DNA of 64,000 nucleotides from a virus. Lineage: Duplodnaviria; Caudoviricetes. Below are positions 1-10,416 of the stretch, piece after piece (position 1 is the stretch's first letter; the number at the start of each line of letters is the position of its first letter). A program made the translations under genes and the position numbers. Below the pieces are notes generated by a model that made no database searches, was not told where the DNA came from, and saw only the letters and a list, made by a program, of their open reading frames with translations. Location: positions 96,001 to 160,000 of IMG/VR virus record IMGVR_UViG_3300007083_000004; one strand, written 5' to 3'.

Positions 1-2
1 AA

Positions 3-485
3 GGTGGTGATGTTGAAGCCATCTTAGGTTCTGTTTTAAACGGCAATAGAGTTTACTACATAGATGAAATTGTTGAAAAGAAAGATACGTTTATCAGAGC
101 CTGGAATCATCATGTTGCTATAGAAAAAGCTAACAGTGATGAAAATAGCATCGCTTTAGTTAAAACCATTTTAAATTCTTTTACTCGCAAATGCATTATT
201 AGTAGCGAAGAAGAAGTTATAAAAAACAATTCCGAAACTATTATAAACAACACCATCGATTGGGCTAATAAACTCGTAAATGAAGATTTAAAAGATATAA
301 ACTCTTTAGCTACCAGATTTTTATGTGAAACTATTTACTCCTTTACGGATTCTTATAAAATTTTAAATGGAGTAAATACGGCTTTATCGGCCAATCCTGA
401 TTTATCTGCCGAGGATGCTTTAACAAGTTCTTTAATAACTTATGTTGCTGGTTGGTATGCCAGTCAAGTTAGATTGCAATCATGA
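3..485 (+). CDS. 5'-truncated hypothetical protein (position of phiKZ gp177-like gene)
   Basis: Open frame from the window edge (GGDVEAILGSVLNG...VRLQS) to TGA at 483-485, ATGA-overlapping the next gene; not in the ORF track because it has no start here. Confidence 0.7.
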   Translation, partial: GGDVEAILGSVLNGNRVYYIDEIVEKKDTFIRAWNHHVAIEKANSDENSIALVKTILNSFTRKCIISSEEEVIKNNSETIINNTIDWANKLVNEDLKDINSLATRFLCETIYSFTDSYKILNGVNTALSANPDLSAEDALTSSLITYVAGWYASQVRLQS

Positions 486-1204
486 ACGTAAAAGAACTAA
501 AAAGAAATCCAACATTAGCTAAAACCCATTTCATAACAACCGATCAGGGCTCTTTATTGACCAAACATGGTTTATCAATAATGATACCCAAACGCTTCGT
601 GGAGGTGAGTTTAGCTACTGTTGGTTCTGATAATGAAATCGTTGGAATATGTGCATGGATTATAGGCAACGAATATTTCATTACTCTAACTAATGCATTA
701 TTTAAAATTACTCCCGATAACATAACGGAAACCATTGTAGATGGCGATGTTTATGTATCGTACAATTTTGATAAAAACAGTGTTGTAATGCCAAACACTA
801 ATTTATTAAAATCTTCAGGTATTGTTTTTCATATTTTCAATGAATTAATAGCTAAAGGTAAAGTTCCTTGGTACATCAATTATCTAGACAGATTGAATAT
901 ATTCGATAGTGCCAATAAACATGCCGGTGTTAGCTTTACCGATCAGAAAGAAGTAACTGAGATGATTGTGGCCGTTAATACCAGGTTTAAAGACAATATA
1001 AATCAGTATTATAGACATGTTATAAAAAAAGAAGACGATTTAATATCTGATAAACATAAACCCACTTCTTTAAGAGATGTGGAGTTTTCGGCTACTACTA
1101 CATTAAATAAACTGATGGGTTCATATATGAATAGAGCTATTACGTCATCTTTGAATCATCCATCTGAAAGAGTAGAGAAATTAGAAGAATACTTAAGGAT
1201 GTAA
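482..1204 (+). CDS. Conserved jumbo-phage hypothetical protein (phiKZ gp176-like by synteny)
   Basis: 240-aa ORF directly upstream of the prohead protease. Confidence 0.55.
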   Translation: MNVKELKRNPTLAKTHFITTDQGSLLTKHGLSIMIPKRFVEVSLATVGSDNEIVGICAWIIGNEYFITLTNALFKITPDNITETIVDGDVYVSYNFDKNSVVMPNTNLLKSSGIVFHIFNELIAKGKVPWYINYLDRLNIFDSANKHAGVSFTDQKEVTEMIVAVNTRFKDNINQYYRHVIKKEDDLISDKHKPTSLRDVEFSATTTLNKLMGSYMNRAITSSLNHPSERVEKLEEYLRM

Positions 1205-1227
1205 ACTTTTTTTAAATAGGTATAATC

Positions 1228-2010
1228 ATGCATGGAGCGGTAGAATACAATTGTCAAGTATTAAATGGTACCAATAAGGCTGGTACATTGAGAAAAAATG
1301 AAAATGGATATTACGAGATGATTGTTGGTGCTCTTAACATGACGAACAATGTTGGGGAGTACTACGATTACAATTATGCACGTAAATTTTTTGACGAAGC
1401 CAGTGATTTAGTCAGAATGAGTAAAAAGGGTGTATTAAGAGGAGAATATGGCCATCCTCAAATGTTACCCGGCATGACGGATGATGATTATGTATCCAGG
1501 CTATTGATGATTAATGAAAAAGAAACATGTTGTCATCATAAACGAATATATCTGGATTTTAATCATTTTAAAGATTCTAATGGCAAGCCTATAGTTGGCA
1601 TCATGAGTGAAATATCTCCCAGTGGTCCATATGGCGAACCATTAGAAAAACAAATAAATAATGGTCATGAAAACGTGTGTTTTTCTATCAGATGTTTTAC
1701 CATGCCACATAGAAAAGGTGGTAGGGTAATAAAAGAGATGAAACATGTCGTAACTTTTGATTATGTAAATGAACCGGGCATTTCTGTTGCTACTAAATAT
1801 AATTCTCCTTCGTTGGAGAATAATGGAAAAAAAATATTTACCGAAGGTACAGTAAAACAGGCTGCTAGAAAATTGATTGATAATAAACATTCTAATGAAT
1901 CTGCTATTATACCAGTTACAGCTTTAATGAACTCCATGGGTTGGGAATTAAAAAACAGTAAAGAAGCAAAAAGAAACTTCTTTGAATTATTAAATACAAA
2001 AAATTTATAA
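1228..2010 (+). CDS. Prohead (head maturation) serine protease, phiKZ gp175-like
   Basis: Motifs LRGEYGHP, CFSIR and TFDYVNEPG; C-terminal S-x-E putative self-cleavage motifs (SLE, SNE). Confidence 0.8.
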   Translation: MHGAVEYNCQVLNGTNKAGTLRKNENGYYEMIVGALNMTNNVGEYYDYNYARKFFDEASDLVRMSKKGVLRGEYGHPQMLPGMTDDDYVSRLLMINEKETCCHHKRIYLDFNHFKDSNGKPIVGIMSEISPSGPYGEPLEKQINNGHENVCFSIRCFTMPHRKGGRVIKEMKHVVTFDYVNEPGISVATKYNSPSLENNGKKIFTEGTVKQAARKLIDNKHSNESAIIPVTALMNSMGWELKNSKEAKRNFFELLNTKNL

Positions 2011-2020
2011 TCATTGTTAT

Positions 2021-2059
2021 TTATTCTACTCTAGAGCATTTTTCTCTAGAGTAGAATAA
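2021..2059. terminator. Long inverted repeat, probable intrinsic terminator
   Basis: TTATTCTACTCTAGAG-7nt-CTCTAGAGTAGAATAA just after the protease stop. Confidence 0.7.
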
Positions 2060-2174
2060 TGAAATTTATTGTCTTCGTTTATTCAGTTAGTTGATTATAA
2101 ACTAACTCATCATATATTTTTATTGGCTTAACTACAGCCGATCTTCTATTTATTTTTTATTTTGTTTATTATGA

Positions 2175-2386
2175 TGTGGTAATAAGAAATGCGCAGGAGA
2201 CAAAGATTTTGCATACGACCAATGTCTGCAACGTACTTCCTATTACCAAAACGCGGAGTTTGAGAGATCTGCGTTCATAAACGAAGCATAGTTTCATAAC
2301 TCTCCTTTACGAGAGGAAGTTCTTGAAACAGGGTACTGCGATAGTCAACCAACGCAGTACCCACCACTGTATACAAAGATTAAAAC
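2175..2386 (+). ncRNA. Candidate structured ncRNA ending in a stem plus ACCA
   Basis: GC-enriched island without a long ORF; four consecutive stems (TGGTAATA/TATTACCA, ACGCGGA/TCTGCGT, GTTTCA/TGAAAC, GGGTACTGCG/CGCAGTACCC); strand uncertain. Confidence 0.45.
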
Positions 2387-2438
2387 GTATACATCATTAT
2401 GGTTATATGTATGTGAAAATTGTTTTAAAATAGAATTA

Positions 2439-2476
2439 TATAGATGACGGTGAGGCATGCCTCACCGTCATCTATA
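2439..2476. terminator. Perfect 38-bp palindrome
   Basis: TATAGATGACGGTGAGGCA|TGCCTCACCGTCATCTATA. Confidence 0.7.
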
Positions 2477-2503
2477 AGCTATATGTTAGTTATTTTTTAT
2501 CAA

Positions 2504-2511
2504 TATATTAC
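2504..2511 (+). promoter_or_regulatory. phiKZ-type early promoter motif TATATTAC
   Basis: Exact match to the phiKZ virion-RNAP early promoter core, intergenic, upstream of an SD-led gene; recurs across the window. Confidence 0.6.
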
Positions 2512-2606
2512 TAATTTGAGTATTGTTCGATACTCAATAATTTTTTATAATATTTGCTATTAAGATGATCCGTCTATTACTTTCCTTAAAGGAGAAAATT
2601 TTTAAT

Positions 2607-3083
2607 ATGAAAACTACTGATGAGAAAAAAGTAGTTGAATTTCTGGGTAATGAATATGACATCGAGGCTTTAGGACGAGCGGTAGGATCGTCTGTAGATG
2701 TTTATATTAAACCAGATGATCAAATTCATGAAATAATTTTTGATCAAGAAAAAATGCCGGTTAAGTGGAAAAAAGATTTTAAACGACCCATCATGACGGT
2801 TCATACTGGCAAATATGTTTTTATATATAAACCTGACAGTTTGGTTATGGAGAAAGGTTTTAAAGCCAGACTCATTTCCAAATACCTTTTCAACAAATGT
2901 AAACACAAGGAGTTTGAATATGAAATAGAAACGCCTCAATCAAGATATCCAGAATCTTTTTCAAACAGATCTACTTTTAAACCTAGAAATAGTTATAATG
3001 GTGAAAAAAGGTCTTTTGATAAACCGTATGGATATAAACGTAACGATGAAAGAAGTACAATCAAATCCAGTAGAACATTTTGA
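2607..3083 (+). CDS. Hypothetical protein with basic low-complexity C-terminal tail
   Basis: ORF track 2565..3083; AAGGAG SD favours ATG 2607; tail rich in R/K/S/F/Y. Confidence 0.6.
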   Translation: MKTTDEKKVVEFLGNEYDIEALGRAVGSSVDVYIKPDDQIHEIIFDQEKMPVKWKKDFKRPIMTVHTGKYVFIYKPDSLVMEKGFKARLISKYLFNKCKHKEFEYEIETPQSRYPESFSNRSTFKPRNSYNGEKRSFDKPYGYKRNDERSTIKSSRTF

Positions 3084-3111
3084 TTCTATTTAATTTAAAG
3101 GAAATACTGAA

Positions 3112-3603
3112 ATGAGTGAAGATATCAAAATCAAAGAGAATACCCGCTCTCTGGCTGGTCGTATTAAACCACTATTGTCCGTCAAGGATAATGGTGAACT
3201 GGTAGACGATAAGGTCTTTGAGAAAATTGCGACCGAAGATGGTCGCAATTTGAAACAAATGATCGACGATGATAATTATCGTTCCAACTTTGTATCAGCC
3301 CATACATTGGCTTCTGGTGAAGTAGCATTGGACTTCATGAAGAAGAACAAAAAGGTAGAAAACGTTGCTGGTTCATTTGAGATTGGTCGTTCTACCCTGG
3401 AAGTCAAGTTTGATCGTCATAAGAAAGTTCCCAATCGAGTCATGGATAAAGAGACTGGTAACTTTAAAGTCGATGGCGAGAAAGATCTTTATGGTGATTC
3501 TGCCGTTAAGTTTGCTGTCTATGGAGCACGTGGTTCTCGTGGTGAACTGAAGCAAGTTCGAGAGTTCTTGCAAGATAACTTCAAAAGTGCTTTTTCGAAG
3601 TAA
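3112..3603 (+). CDS. Hypothetical protein, probably highly expressed
   Basis: 163 aa, AAGGA SD, CGT/GGT-rich codon usage unlike neighbours. Confidence 0.65.
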   Translation: MSEDIKIKENTRSLAGRIKPLLSVKDNGELVDDKVFEKIATEDGRNLKQMIDDDNYRSNFVSAHTLASGEVALDFMKKNKKVENVAGSFEIGRSTLEVKFDRHKKVPNRVMDKETGNFKVDGEKDLYGDSAVKFAVYGARGSRGELKQVREFLQDNFKSAFSK

Positions 3604-3640
3604 ATTCGTTTGTCGTGAGTCTTAGCTAAGACAGCAAAAG

Positions 3641-3677
3641 TAGATAGGCAATGGGCATAACGCCCATTGCCTATCTA
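3641..3677. terminator. Bidirectional terminator between convergent genes
   Basis: TAGATAGGCAATGGGC-5nt-GCCCATTGCCTATCTA. Confidence 0.75.
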
Positions 3678-3709
3678 TGCTTTTTATCTATATCTATTTA
3701 TTTTTTTAT

Positions 3710-4582
3710 TTATACTACTACTTGATTATTGGATAATTCAGAAATTTGATTACCAAAACCAGCAGCAGCATTGACTATATCTTTATCGATACCTTCTGTA
3801 TATGCTCTTCTATGTAACGGGTTGGCACCTGCTACTGCCATTCCATTTAAAACATCTTGAGCAAATGAATTTACGCCATTACCGATTTGAGCAATACCAG
3901 CCATGGGAATATTGTATCTAACTGATTCCATATCAGTAGTAATGTCACGGCGACCAATGACTTCACCTCCGGATAGTGGGAACATGTTATAAACAATCCA
4001 CGATCGGATTACTTTGGCTTGTTGTGGATCCGGTTCAATGAATAACATATCCATCGAATAAATGTCCGCCAACATATCAGTCGGCCTTTGTTCTGGAGTA
4101 AAAGTATTTACCAAAGCTGTTTTTGTTTCAGGATCCATGATCAAATACTGAATCCAAGTTTCTAATAAAGCATTAACAGGAGCTCCAGCCAGATCGGGAA
4201 TAGTGAAAGATAATGAGGTTCTTTCACGAGTCACGTTGGTGGGATCCTGGAATTGCTCTCCAGCACCACCATATGGCGTCTCAGAGACACTAACGGTCAG
4301 GGTAGAGTTAAGACCCTCAATGGAGATAGGATGGGTCTCAAACACCGCTCTAACGGCTGCATACCAGTCGTTAGGTTTAGGTAGATATCTAAACCCTTCG
4401 GGTGCTCTTAATACGATAGGAATAATATTCCTTCTAACATAACCTGTTTTACTGACCCAATGGGTAGGATTCGGAGACCAACCCATGACTCCTGAGTAAT
4501 TAGGATTTAACATCTGGCGTCTGAAATTAAAATTCAGACCAGCGTGTTCTCTTTGGATAAGAGCATCGTTCATTCTGGACAT
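3710..4582 (-). CDS. Tail tube protein (phiKZ gp30-like)
   Basis: 290 aa directly downstream of the sheath gene; motifs SIEGLNSTLTV, NVTRERTSLSF, FIEPDP, NMFP. Confidence 0.75.
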   Translation of the reverse strand: MSRMNDALIQREHAGLNFNFRRQMLNPNYSGVMGWSPNPTHWVSKTGYVRRNIIPIVLRAPEGFRYLPKPNDWYAAVRAVFETHPISIEGLNSTLTVSVSETPYGGAGEQFQDPTNVTRERTSLSFTIPDLAGAPVNALLETWIQYLIMDPETKTALVNTFTPEQRPTDMLADIYSMDMLFIEPDPQQAKVIRSWIVYNMFPLSGGEVIGRRDITTDMESVRYNIPMAGIAQIGNGVNSFAQDVLNGMAVAGANPLHRRAYTEGIDKDIVNAAAGFGNQISELSNNQVVV

Positions 4583-4602
4583 TTCAAATTACTCCTGTAG
4601 AA

Positions 4603-6678
4603 TTAGTTATTGCCAGGCATAGACTCTCGTCTATAACCAGTCAAGAGGGTATATTGCACGGTTTTCATGACATCGGCGCCAACATCTACGCTAAGAGTCC
4701 AGGAATACCCATTATACTCATCTACGGCAGTAAATATGACATTAGGAACGATTCTAACTTTCTTATCGTATTTACCTTCGATCATGACATTAAAATCACG
4801 TACCAAATATTTCTGGAATTGTTCATTAGAATATTCGGAAGAACCACTATATTCAGACCACAATCTATCTGCTACTTTTTGTAAATCAACAAAAACTAGT
4901 GCAGTAAAATAACTGGTAAGAATAGAGTTATCGACGGAATAACCAGTTCTGAGTGCAGGAAAGAATAAGGTATCCATATCTTTCTTTTGCACATAAACCA
5001 TGCCATTATACCAATCTCGTCTTCTAGCTGCAATAGGTCTCCATGTTACATTAACATCCCTGAACATGGATATTTCAGCAAATCTACCATGAGAAAAGTT
5101 AAATGCACTTCTCCATAAACCATTACCAGCGCCCATGTATCTAGCAGATTTAGATGCGATCTCTAACGATAACGGCCTTCTTTGTTTATCCTGAGATCCA
5201 ATCAATTTACCATCGCACGCTACAATCATGAATCTGGCAGCAGGGGTACCATATTCACTGGATTCTGGTAGCATATGACCACGAGTATATAATGCAATAG
5301 CCAATGAAGATTCTTGAGAACCATCTAGCGTAGGGGCATCCGCGTCTTGTAAGCACCACACCAAGAACGTATCTTTACGAACGGCGATGAAATTAGCCAA
5401 CGCCAGTTTGGTATCTATATTAAAACCAGAATCGTAGAAGAAGCTCTCTGGATTACCTAAACGATCTTCGGTGACTTCTTGGTTAATATCACCATACTTT
5501 TCAATTTCCTGTTTTACCATTCCATTTAAAGTGGCGGAATCAATTGTACCATCGTTACCGCCGCTTAACCAAATGGCAGATACATCACTCATGGGTTCGG
5601 AATTAGCATCAATTCTATTGATTCTGTAGGAATAGTAAGGAACACCTTTGGAGGATTTACCGGAAATGAAATTAAATCTATGTATTTCATCTAAACCAAT
5701 ATCCTCAAAATCAGTACCTGGATAAGTGGCGTAAGGCTGTTCCAGACTGTAGAATTGAGTCAAAAGGGTATCTAAATTATTTTTATACAGGAAAGCTCTG
5801 CCAAATGGTCCATATAGAGGAGCCATACCGGGTCTTTCTAAATCAGTATAACTATCGATGAATCTATCGTCAAAAGAAACCGACTGAACTACCGACCTTT
5901 TTATTTGATCATCCTTAAATACACAAGTAACGCCAGAAGAACCAAATAGGGTTTGAAAGTATCTTACGATAGCTCCAGATTTATCCAGACACTCAATCTG
6001 ATATGGATAGGCCCGATTATCTTCAATTAGTTCTGTATCGGGTTCTATTCTAGCGTTGGCGGTAGGTGCCCAGATTCTGATACCTAAATCATCACCATAC
6101 ACACCCTCATGACTGGCCAGGATATCCATGAATGGGTATCTTTGAGACCAATTACCGGCACCATCTTGTTGGTCACCAGTCATCACGGCACCTTGTGCCA
6201 TCTGAGCTTCAGTGATAGCAGTTTTTACAAATTTGATAGTAACGCCGTTTACGGTATTACCAGAACTAATAGGATTACCTAAGCTATCTAATTGATAATT
6301 ACCATCTGGTAATCTGATGTAATCAGGAATGGCTTCAGGTAATACATCTACCCAAATTCTGATTGCCGATTTAGCAGCTCCTGGAGGAATCAATCTATGA
6401 TAAATAGCCTGGTTACCTTCAGCATTTACAATATTGGAATATTGTGTTTGATGAGTAAAATATTTGCTGGTAGGATCAAACGTTTCTGAGCCATATAACT
6501 GTTCGCGTATAGCACCGTCTGCTAAAATACGACCAGTAGGACCTTTTTTTGCAAATAAAAACCAAAGCGGTAAATGGGTGGGATATTGTTTAGGTACCAG
6601 AATGGGATCGGGCACACTCATATCCCTAATGCCGTAAGTAATATTTTGCGGCATAGAGTTAAAATTTGATGTTGCCAT
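4603..6678 (-). CDS. Contractile tail sheath protein (phiKZ gp29-like)
   Basis: 691 aa; PTHLPL..FAKKGP N-terminus, LSGGNDG and FYDSGF motifs; divergent from the structural/terminase block as in phiKZ. Confidence 0.8.
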   Translation of the reverse strand: MATSNFNSMPQNITYGIRDMSVPDPILVPKQYPTHLPLWFLFAKKGPTGRILADGAIREQLYGSETFDPTSKYFTHQTQYSNIVNAEGNQAIYHRLIPPGAAKSAIRIWVDVLPEAIPDYIRLPDGNYQLDSLGNPISSGNTVNGVTIKFVKTAITEAQMAQGAVMTGDQQDGAGNWSQRYPFMDILASHEGVYGDDLGIRIWAPTANARIEPDTELIEDNRAYPYQIECLDKSGAIVRYFQTLFGSSGVTCVFKDDQIKRSVVQSVSFDDRFIDSYTDLERPGMAPLYGPFGRAFLYKNNLDTLLTQFYSLEQPYATYPGTDFEDIGLDEIHRFNFISGKSSKGVPYYSYRINRIDANSEPMSDVSAIWLSGGNDGTIDSATLNGMVKQEIEKYGDINQEVTEDRLGNPESFFYDSGFNIDTKLALANFIAVRKDTFLVWCLQDADAPTLDGSQESSLAIALYTRGHMLPESSEYGTPAARFMIVACDGKLIGSQDKQRRPLSLEIASKSARYMGAGNGLWRSAFNFSHGRFAEISMFRDVNVTWRPIAARRRDWYNGMVYVQKKDMDTLFFPALRTGYSVDNSILTSYFTALVFVDLQKVADRLWSEYSGSSEYSNEQFQKYLVRDFNVMIEGKYDKKVRIVPNVIFTAVDEYNGYSWTLSVDVGADVMKTVQYTLLTGYRRESMPGNN

Positions 6679-6784
6679 CGTGCTTATTCCTATAAAGACA
6701 AAATCATGATATGATATTTATTTAAGAAACTTATTTTGTATTATTCGATTATAAAACCGCAATCAATTAAAAACGGATTTTCTC

Positions 6785-7684
6785 ATGGCTATTTTTTATT
6801 CGTCTTATGATACCACATTTGGTAAAAAACTAAATGTAGAACCATCGATAAATGCAATCGTTAAAGCATCAAATTATTTTAATATTTCAGATGATCCCTA
6901 CAAAATTATAGATAACAACGTGGATATTCCCGTAGACATCCCACATTTCTCTCATCCATTAAATGTAGGTATGGGTAAAGATAGTAAATTATTTATTGAT
7001 GTAAGGGGTTTTGTTCAAACCAATAAATTAACTGGAGAGAATAAAGTAAATTCTTCAGTTGATTATGAAATGATGGTAAATAGAGTAATACTGGAATCTT
7101 TATTCAGACAAAATCCAGTTCTTTTATGTAATACATTAGATATATATCCCGCTTCTATATTTGGTAGTTGGTTTAGTGAAAACATTAGTAAGAGATTTGG
7201 TTTAGCTATTGAAGATCAGTTTAAAATACAGATCTTTTCTATTTATTACTATTATTCTTTATTTGAAAATATTAATGATAAACCGGACTCTAATAATGTT
7301 TTAAAGATAACTCAAAAGATTGCTCGTGCAACTGGAATAAACTCCGATACCATATTCTCCATAATAGGAGATAGGCCGTATGTTAATGACATTAATGATT
7401 ATTGTGAACAACTCGAAGATGTGTCAAACAACATTAGATTAAAAGGGTTTAATGCCATAGCAGTTTATCCCTTATTGAAATCTACTTGGTATGGTCATAA
7501 TGCAAATGAATTGGTAGCTGTTTCTTTAGAACACATTCCTACATTTATTTCTATTTTATATGCCGCCATTACTGAAAGGGCGTATAAGAGAAGTAATTTA
7601 TCCAAGATGCTGGAATATAATTATTCCAAGAAACTGAAAGAAAGTTTCGTATTAAAATTATCCAGCATGTTAAAAGGATTTTAA
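6785..7684 (+). CDS. Virion structural protein (phiKZ gp28-like by synteny)
   Basis: 299 aa, divergent from sheath, same size and position as gp28. Confidence 0.55.
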   Translation: MAIFYSSYDTTFGKKLNVEPSINAIVKASNYFNISDDPYKIIDNNVDIPVDIPHFSHPLNVGMGKDSKLFIDVRGFVQTNKLTGENKVNSSVDYEMMVNRVILESLFRQNPVLLCNTLDIYPASIFGSWFSENISKRFGLAIEDQFKIQIFSIYYYYSLFENINDKPDSNNVLKITQKIARATGINSDTIFSIIGDRPYVNDINDYCEQLEDVSNNIRLKGFNAIAVYPLLKSTWYGHNANELVAVSLEHIPTFISILYAAITERAYKRSNLSKMLEYNYSKKLKESFVLKLSSMLKGF

Positions 7685-7692
7685 TATATCAA

Positions 7693-7729
7693 AATACTAC
7701 TGACTGGTATGAAACCAGTCAGTAGTATT
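7693..7729. terminator. Inverted repeat terminator
   Basis: AATACTACTGACTGGT-5nt-ACCAGTCAGTAGTATT. Confidence 0.7.
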
Positions 7730-7768
7730 AGTTTTAAATTTCATTTATTGTTTTAACGAGATTAGCTT

Positions 7769-10396
7769 ATGGACTATGATACCAATAATTACCTGGTAGA
7801 CCATGCTATTAAAAATATTTATAGCTCACCAGGCCAAGACAGGCAGTTCAGAATCAGACCAAAACGTTTAAGTAAAAAAGGCGGTACTTTAGTTAGATTG
7901 GAATTGAATTGGTTAAGGATATATTTACCAGATACCAAGAATTATTGGTATGTTTACATGATAGGACAATTACATCCTTACTATTTAGGATTATTTCCTG
8001 TTCAAAATAAATGGGTTAGTTTATCTGAAGTCTCAAATCAAATGGCCATGAGTGCCTATATGTATAATGATGCTGGTGTTATTATACCCAGGTTCGAGAC
8101 TTATTACATGGTAAATGATGCTAGAAACTTGATTTTAGCAGTTAGGGAAAGAAAAGGTTTAATAAATGTAAATTATGATGATGAAGATTTATTTTTCAGA
8201 GTCTACACCAATGCCTTTTGGGAAACACAAAGATCGCATTACCATCAAGATAAAATCATAACTGATGGTATTTATATAAATTCAAACCAGGATATTGCAG
8301 ATGCCAAAGCGCAGTACGATTTATTAAAAAATAAACCAAGAGGTAGTGTTTATGCTTTAATTAACGGATATTGGGCAGATGATATAAATCCTGGTAATAC
8401 CAAAATAGGTTATTTGGTAGAATGGGTTTATGATGCATCAATTATCAGGGTAGTTAATTTCAATATAAACTCTTTAAGGGATTTTGATTCTACTTTAGAT
8501 AGTGAAAGAAAATATTTATTGCATTACAATATAAACAATTCTCTTAACCAAAGAATCCATTATCAGGACGATGTGGAATTGTTTATATATGAACCTAAAT
8601 CAAATCCCAATACTTCTAATGGTATTTATTATCATAAGAATACAGCTCGTGCCATGAGGCAAATTACGCATAAAGATTATTCCATTAGTGTGGCTTTAGT
8701 CAATAGCTTGGTCTCTAAACATCCTAACTGGAATGTAGCTAGTGGTAAAAGAATTAGAATGTATATCAGGGATGCTGGATTTAAAAGAGATTTGATATAT
8801 GAAAATGCTCGTATACATGAATTATATAAATTACCCAGTAATGAGATACAAAAAATATTGGTGGGCGACGGTGCCGTTGTTCCTGTTTGGTTAGCTGCCA
8901 ATCTAGAGAACAATATGTATACGAGAATCATTGCTGCCGAATATAAAGACATTGATTTAGATAAAGTTACTAAAGCTTATGGTTATAATGCTATTTCTAA
9001 ATTAGTAGCGGATACTCCTACAAAAGTTGATATCCAATCTGGATTAAAAGGAATAAATTTATCTGAAGGTTTCAGATATATGTGTTCTTTTTACGAATAT
9101 AGTCCCCAAGGAGTGTTAATTGGATATACCAATCAATTCAATCCTCCTCAACGCTATATTGCAAATAACGTAAATTGTGAAACCGTGGAAGTTTTAAAAG
9201 GAATAGGTTGGAATCAATTAGAAGAATTTGTCGATCAAGCGATTATTCCCAATTTTAAAGAGCATTTATGGAATTTCAGATGTTATATAAACATATGGGA
9301 TAATAACGATCAGCGATTTAAATGGCAGGATGTAACTGATTCCAATATGTATGCCATTGATGATTCTACTGGAGAATTTAAATGGATAGCTGATATAACA
9401 ACTTTTAACAAAGCTGTGGTCAGAACTGATAAATTTTATTTAAGACAATCCTCTCCAATGCAATCTAAAGATGGTTTATTGGAATTTGATTTATCGGAAA
9501 AAATCGTTGTAAACGGTAAAGATACCTGGAGGGTATTGGAAATACCCATGGGTGAACTGGATGTATTTCTAAATGGTAGATTATTGATTAGAGGTATCGA
9601 CTATAATGTACATTTTCCCAGAGTGGTTATATTTAATAAAAAATATAGACTGAATGATGATACTGGATTTGAAAATGTGATGTATAGGTATCGAGGATTT
9701 TGTAAAAAGGATTTAACGCACGAAAGAGCCGAAGATGTAGGATATATTAAATACAAAGCCATCAGTAGAAATAATGTATTTAATTTGAAAGACGATAGGG
9801 TCTTAAGAATCGTAGTAGATGGTAGATTAAGACGCCAAGACGAATTAGAGTGGAGTGAGGATGGTACCATGGTAACTATTCCAAATGCTCAAAATGGTTT
9901 ACCTTATGCCGTAAGAGATATAATGGTACCATTGGGTAATGAAACCAAATTCGTCAATAAAGACGATTATGAATTTAGAGAAGAGTCTAGAATAATAGAT
10001 AAACAAGTCTCCGATTATCTATCTACCAAAATTAAAGATCCTCCTACCAATGCATTAAACGTAATTCCTGAGAGATATCCTGTATTTTCTCCATTCTTAT
10101 GCAAAATAGCTTTTGATTTGAAATGGGGTGTAATAGATGATTCGTTAATAGTAGGTCAACATTATGGTCAATCTGTAATCGAACAATTATGTCAACCCTA
10201 TTTATATCTATTAAAATTCGATCCTACTCAAGTACAAAATAAATTAGATCCTGATTACGTGATAGTGCATCCAACGCATTTATTTACTCCAATAGAAAGA
10301 AGTATATGGCACTATGATTTTTTAACCAGAGTCATTACGTTATATATGCCAGATTCTGTGGAACAATTAAATCATTTCATTACAATTGAACAATAG
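7769..10396 (+). CDS. Large virion/baseplate structural protein (phiKZ gp27-like)
   Basis: 875 aa; ELDVFLNGRLLIRGIDY motif; synteny with sheath and terminase. Confidence 0.6.
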   Translation: MDYDTNNYLVDHAIKNIYSSPGQDRQFRIRPKRLSKKGGTLVRLELNWLRIYLPDTKNYWYVYMIGQLHPYYLGLFPVQNKWVSLSEVSNQMAMSAYMYNDAGVIIPRFETYYMVNDARNLILAVRERKGLINVNYDDEDLFFRVYTNAFWETQRSHYHQDKIITDGIYINSNQDIADAKAQYDLLKNKPRGSVYALINGYWADDINPGNTKIGYLVEWVYDASIIRVVNFNINSLRDFDSTLDSERKYLLHYNINNSLNQRIHYQDDVELFIYEPKSNPNTSNGIYYHKNTARAMRQITHKDYSISVALVNSLVSKHPNWNVASGKRIRMYIRDAGFKRDLIYENARIHELYKLPSNEIQKILVGDGAVVPVWLAANLENNMYTRIIAAEYKDIDLDKVTKAYGYNAISKLVADTPTKVDIQSGLKGINLSEGFRYMCSFYEYSPQGVLIGYTNQFNPPQRYIANNVNCETVEVLKGIGWNQLEEFVDQAIIPNFKEHLWNFRCYINIWDNNDQRFKWQDVTDSNMYAIDDSTGEFKWIADITTFNKAVVRTDKFYLRQSSPMQSKDGLLEFDLSEKIVVNGKDTWRVLEIPMGELDVFLNGRLLIRGIDYNVHFPRVVIFNKKYRLNDDTGFENVMYRYRGFCKKDLTHERAEDVGYIKYKAISRNNVFNLKDDRVLRIVVDGRLRRQDELEWSEDGTMVTIPNAQNGLPYAVRDIMVPLGNETKFVNKDDYEFREESRIIDKQVSDYLSTKIKDPPTNALNVIPERYPVFSPFLCKIAFDLKWGVIDDSLIVGQHYGQSVIEQLCQPYLYLLKFDPTQVQNKLDPDYVIVHPTHLFTPIERSIWHYDFLTRVITLYMPDSVEQLNHFITIEQ

Positions 10397-10416
10397 AGAA
10401 TTTAAAGAGGATATAA

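Noticed and set aside
2175-2386. tmRNA or retron msr-msd
   Set aside because: No tRNA-like 5' end, T-loop or convincing tag frame; no reverse transcriptase in the window
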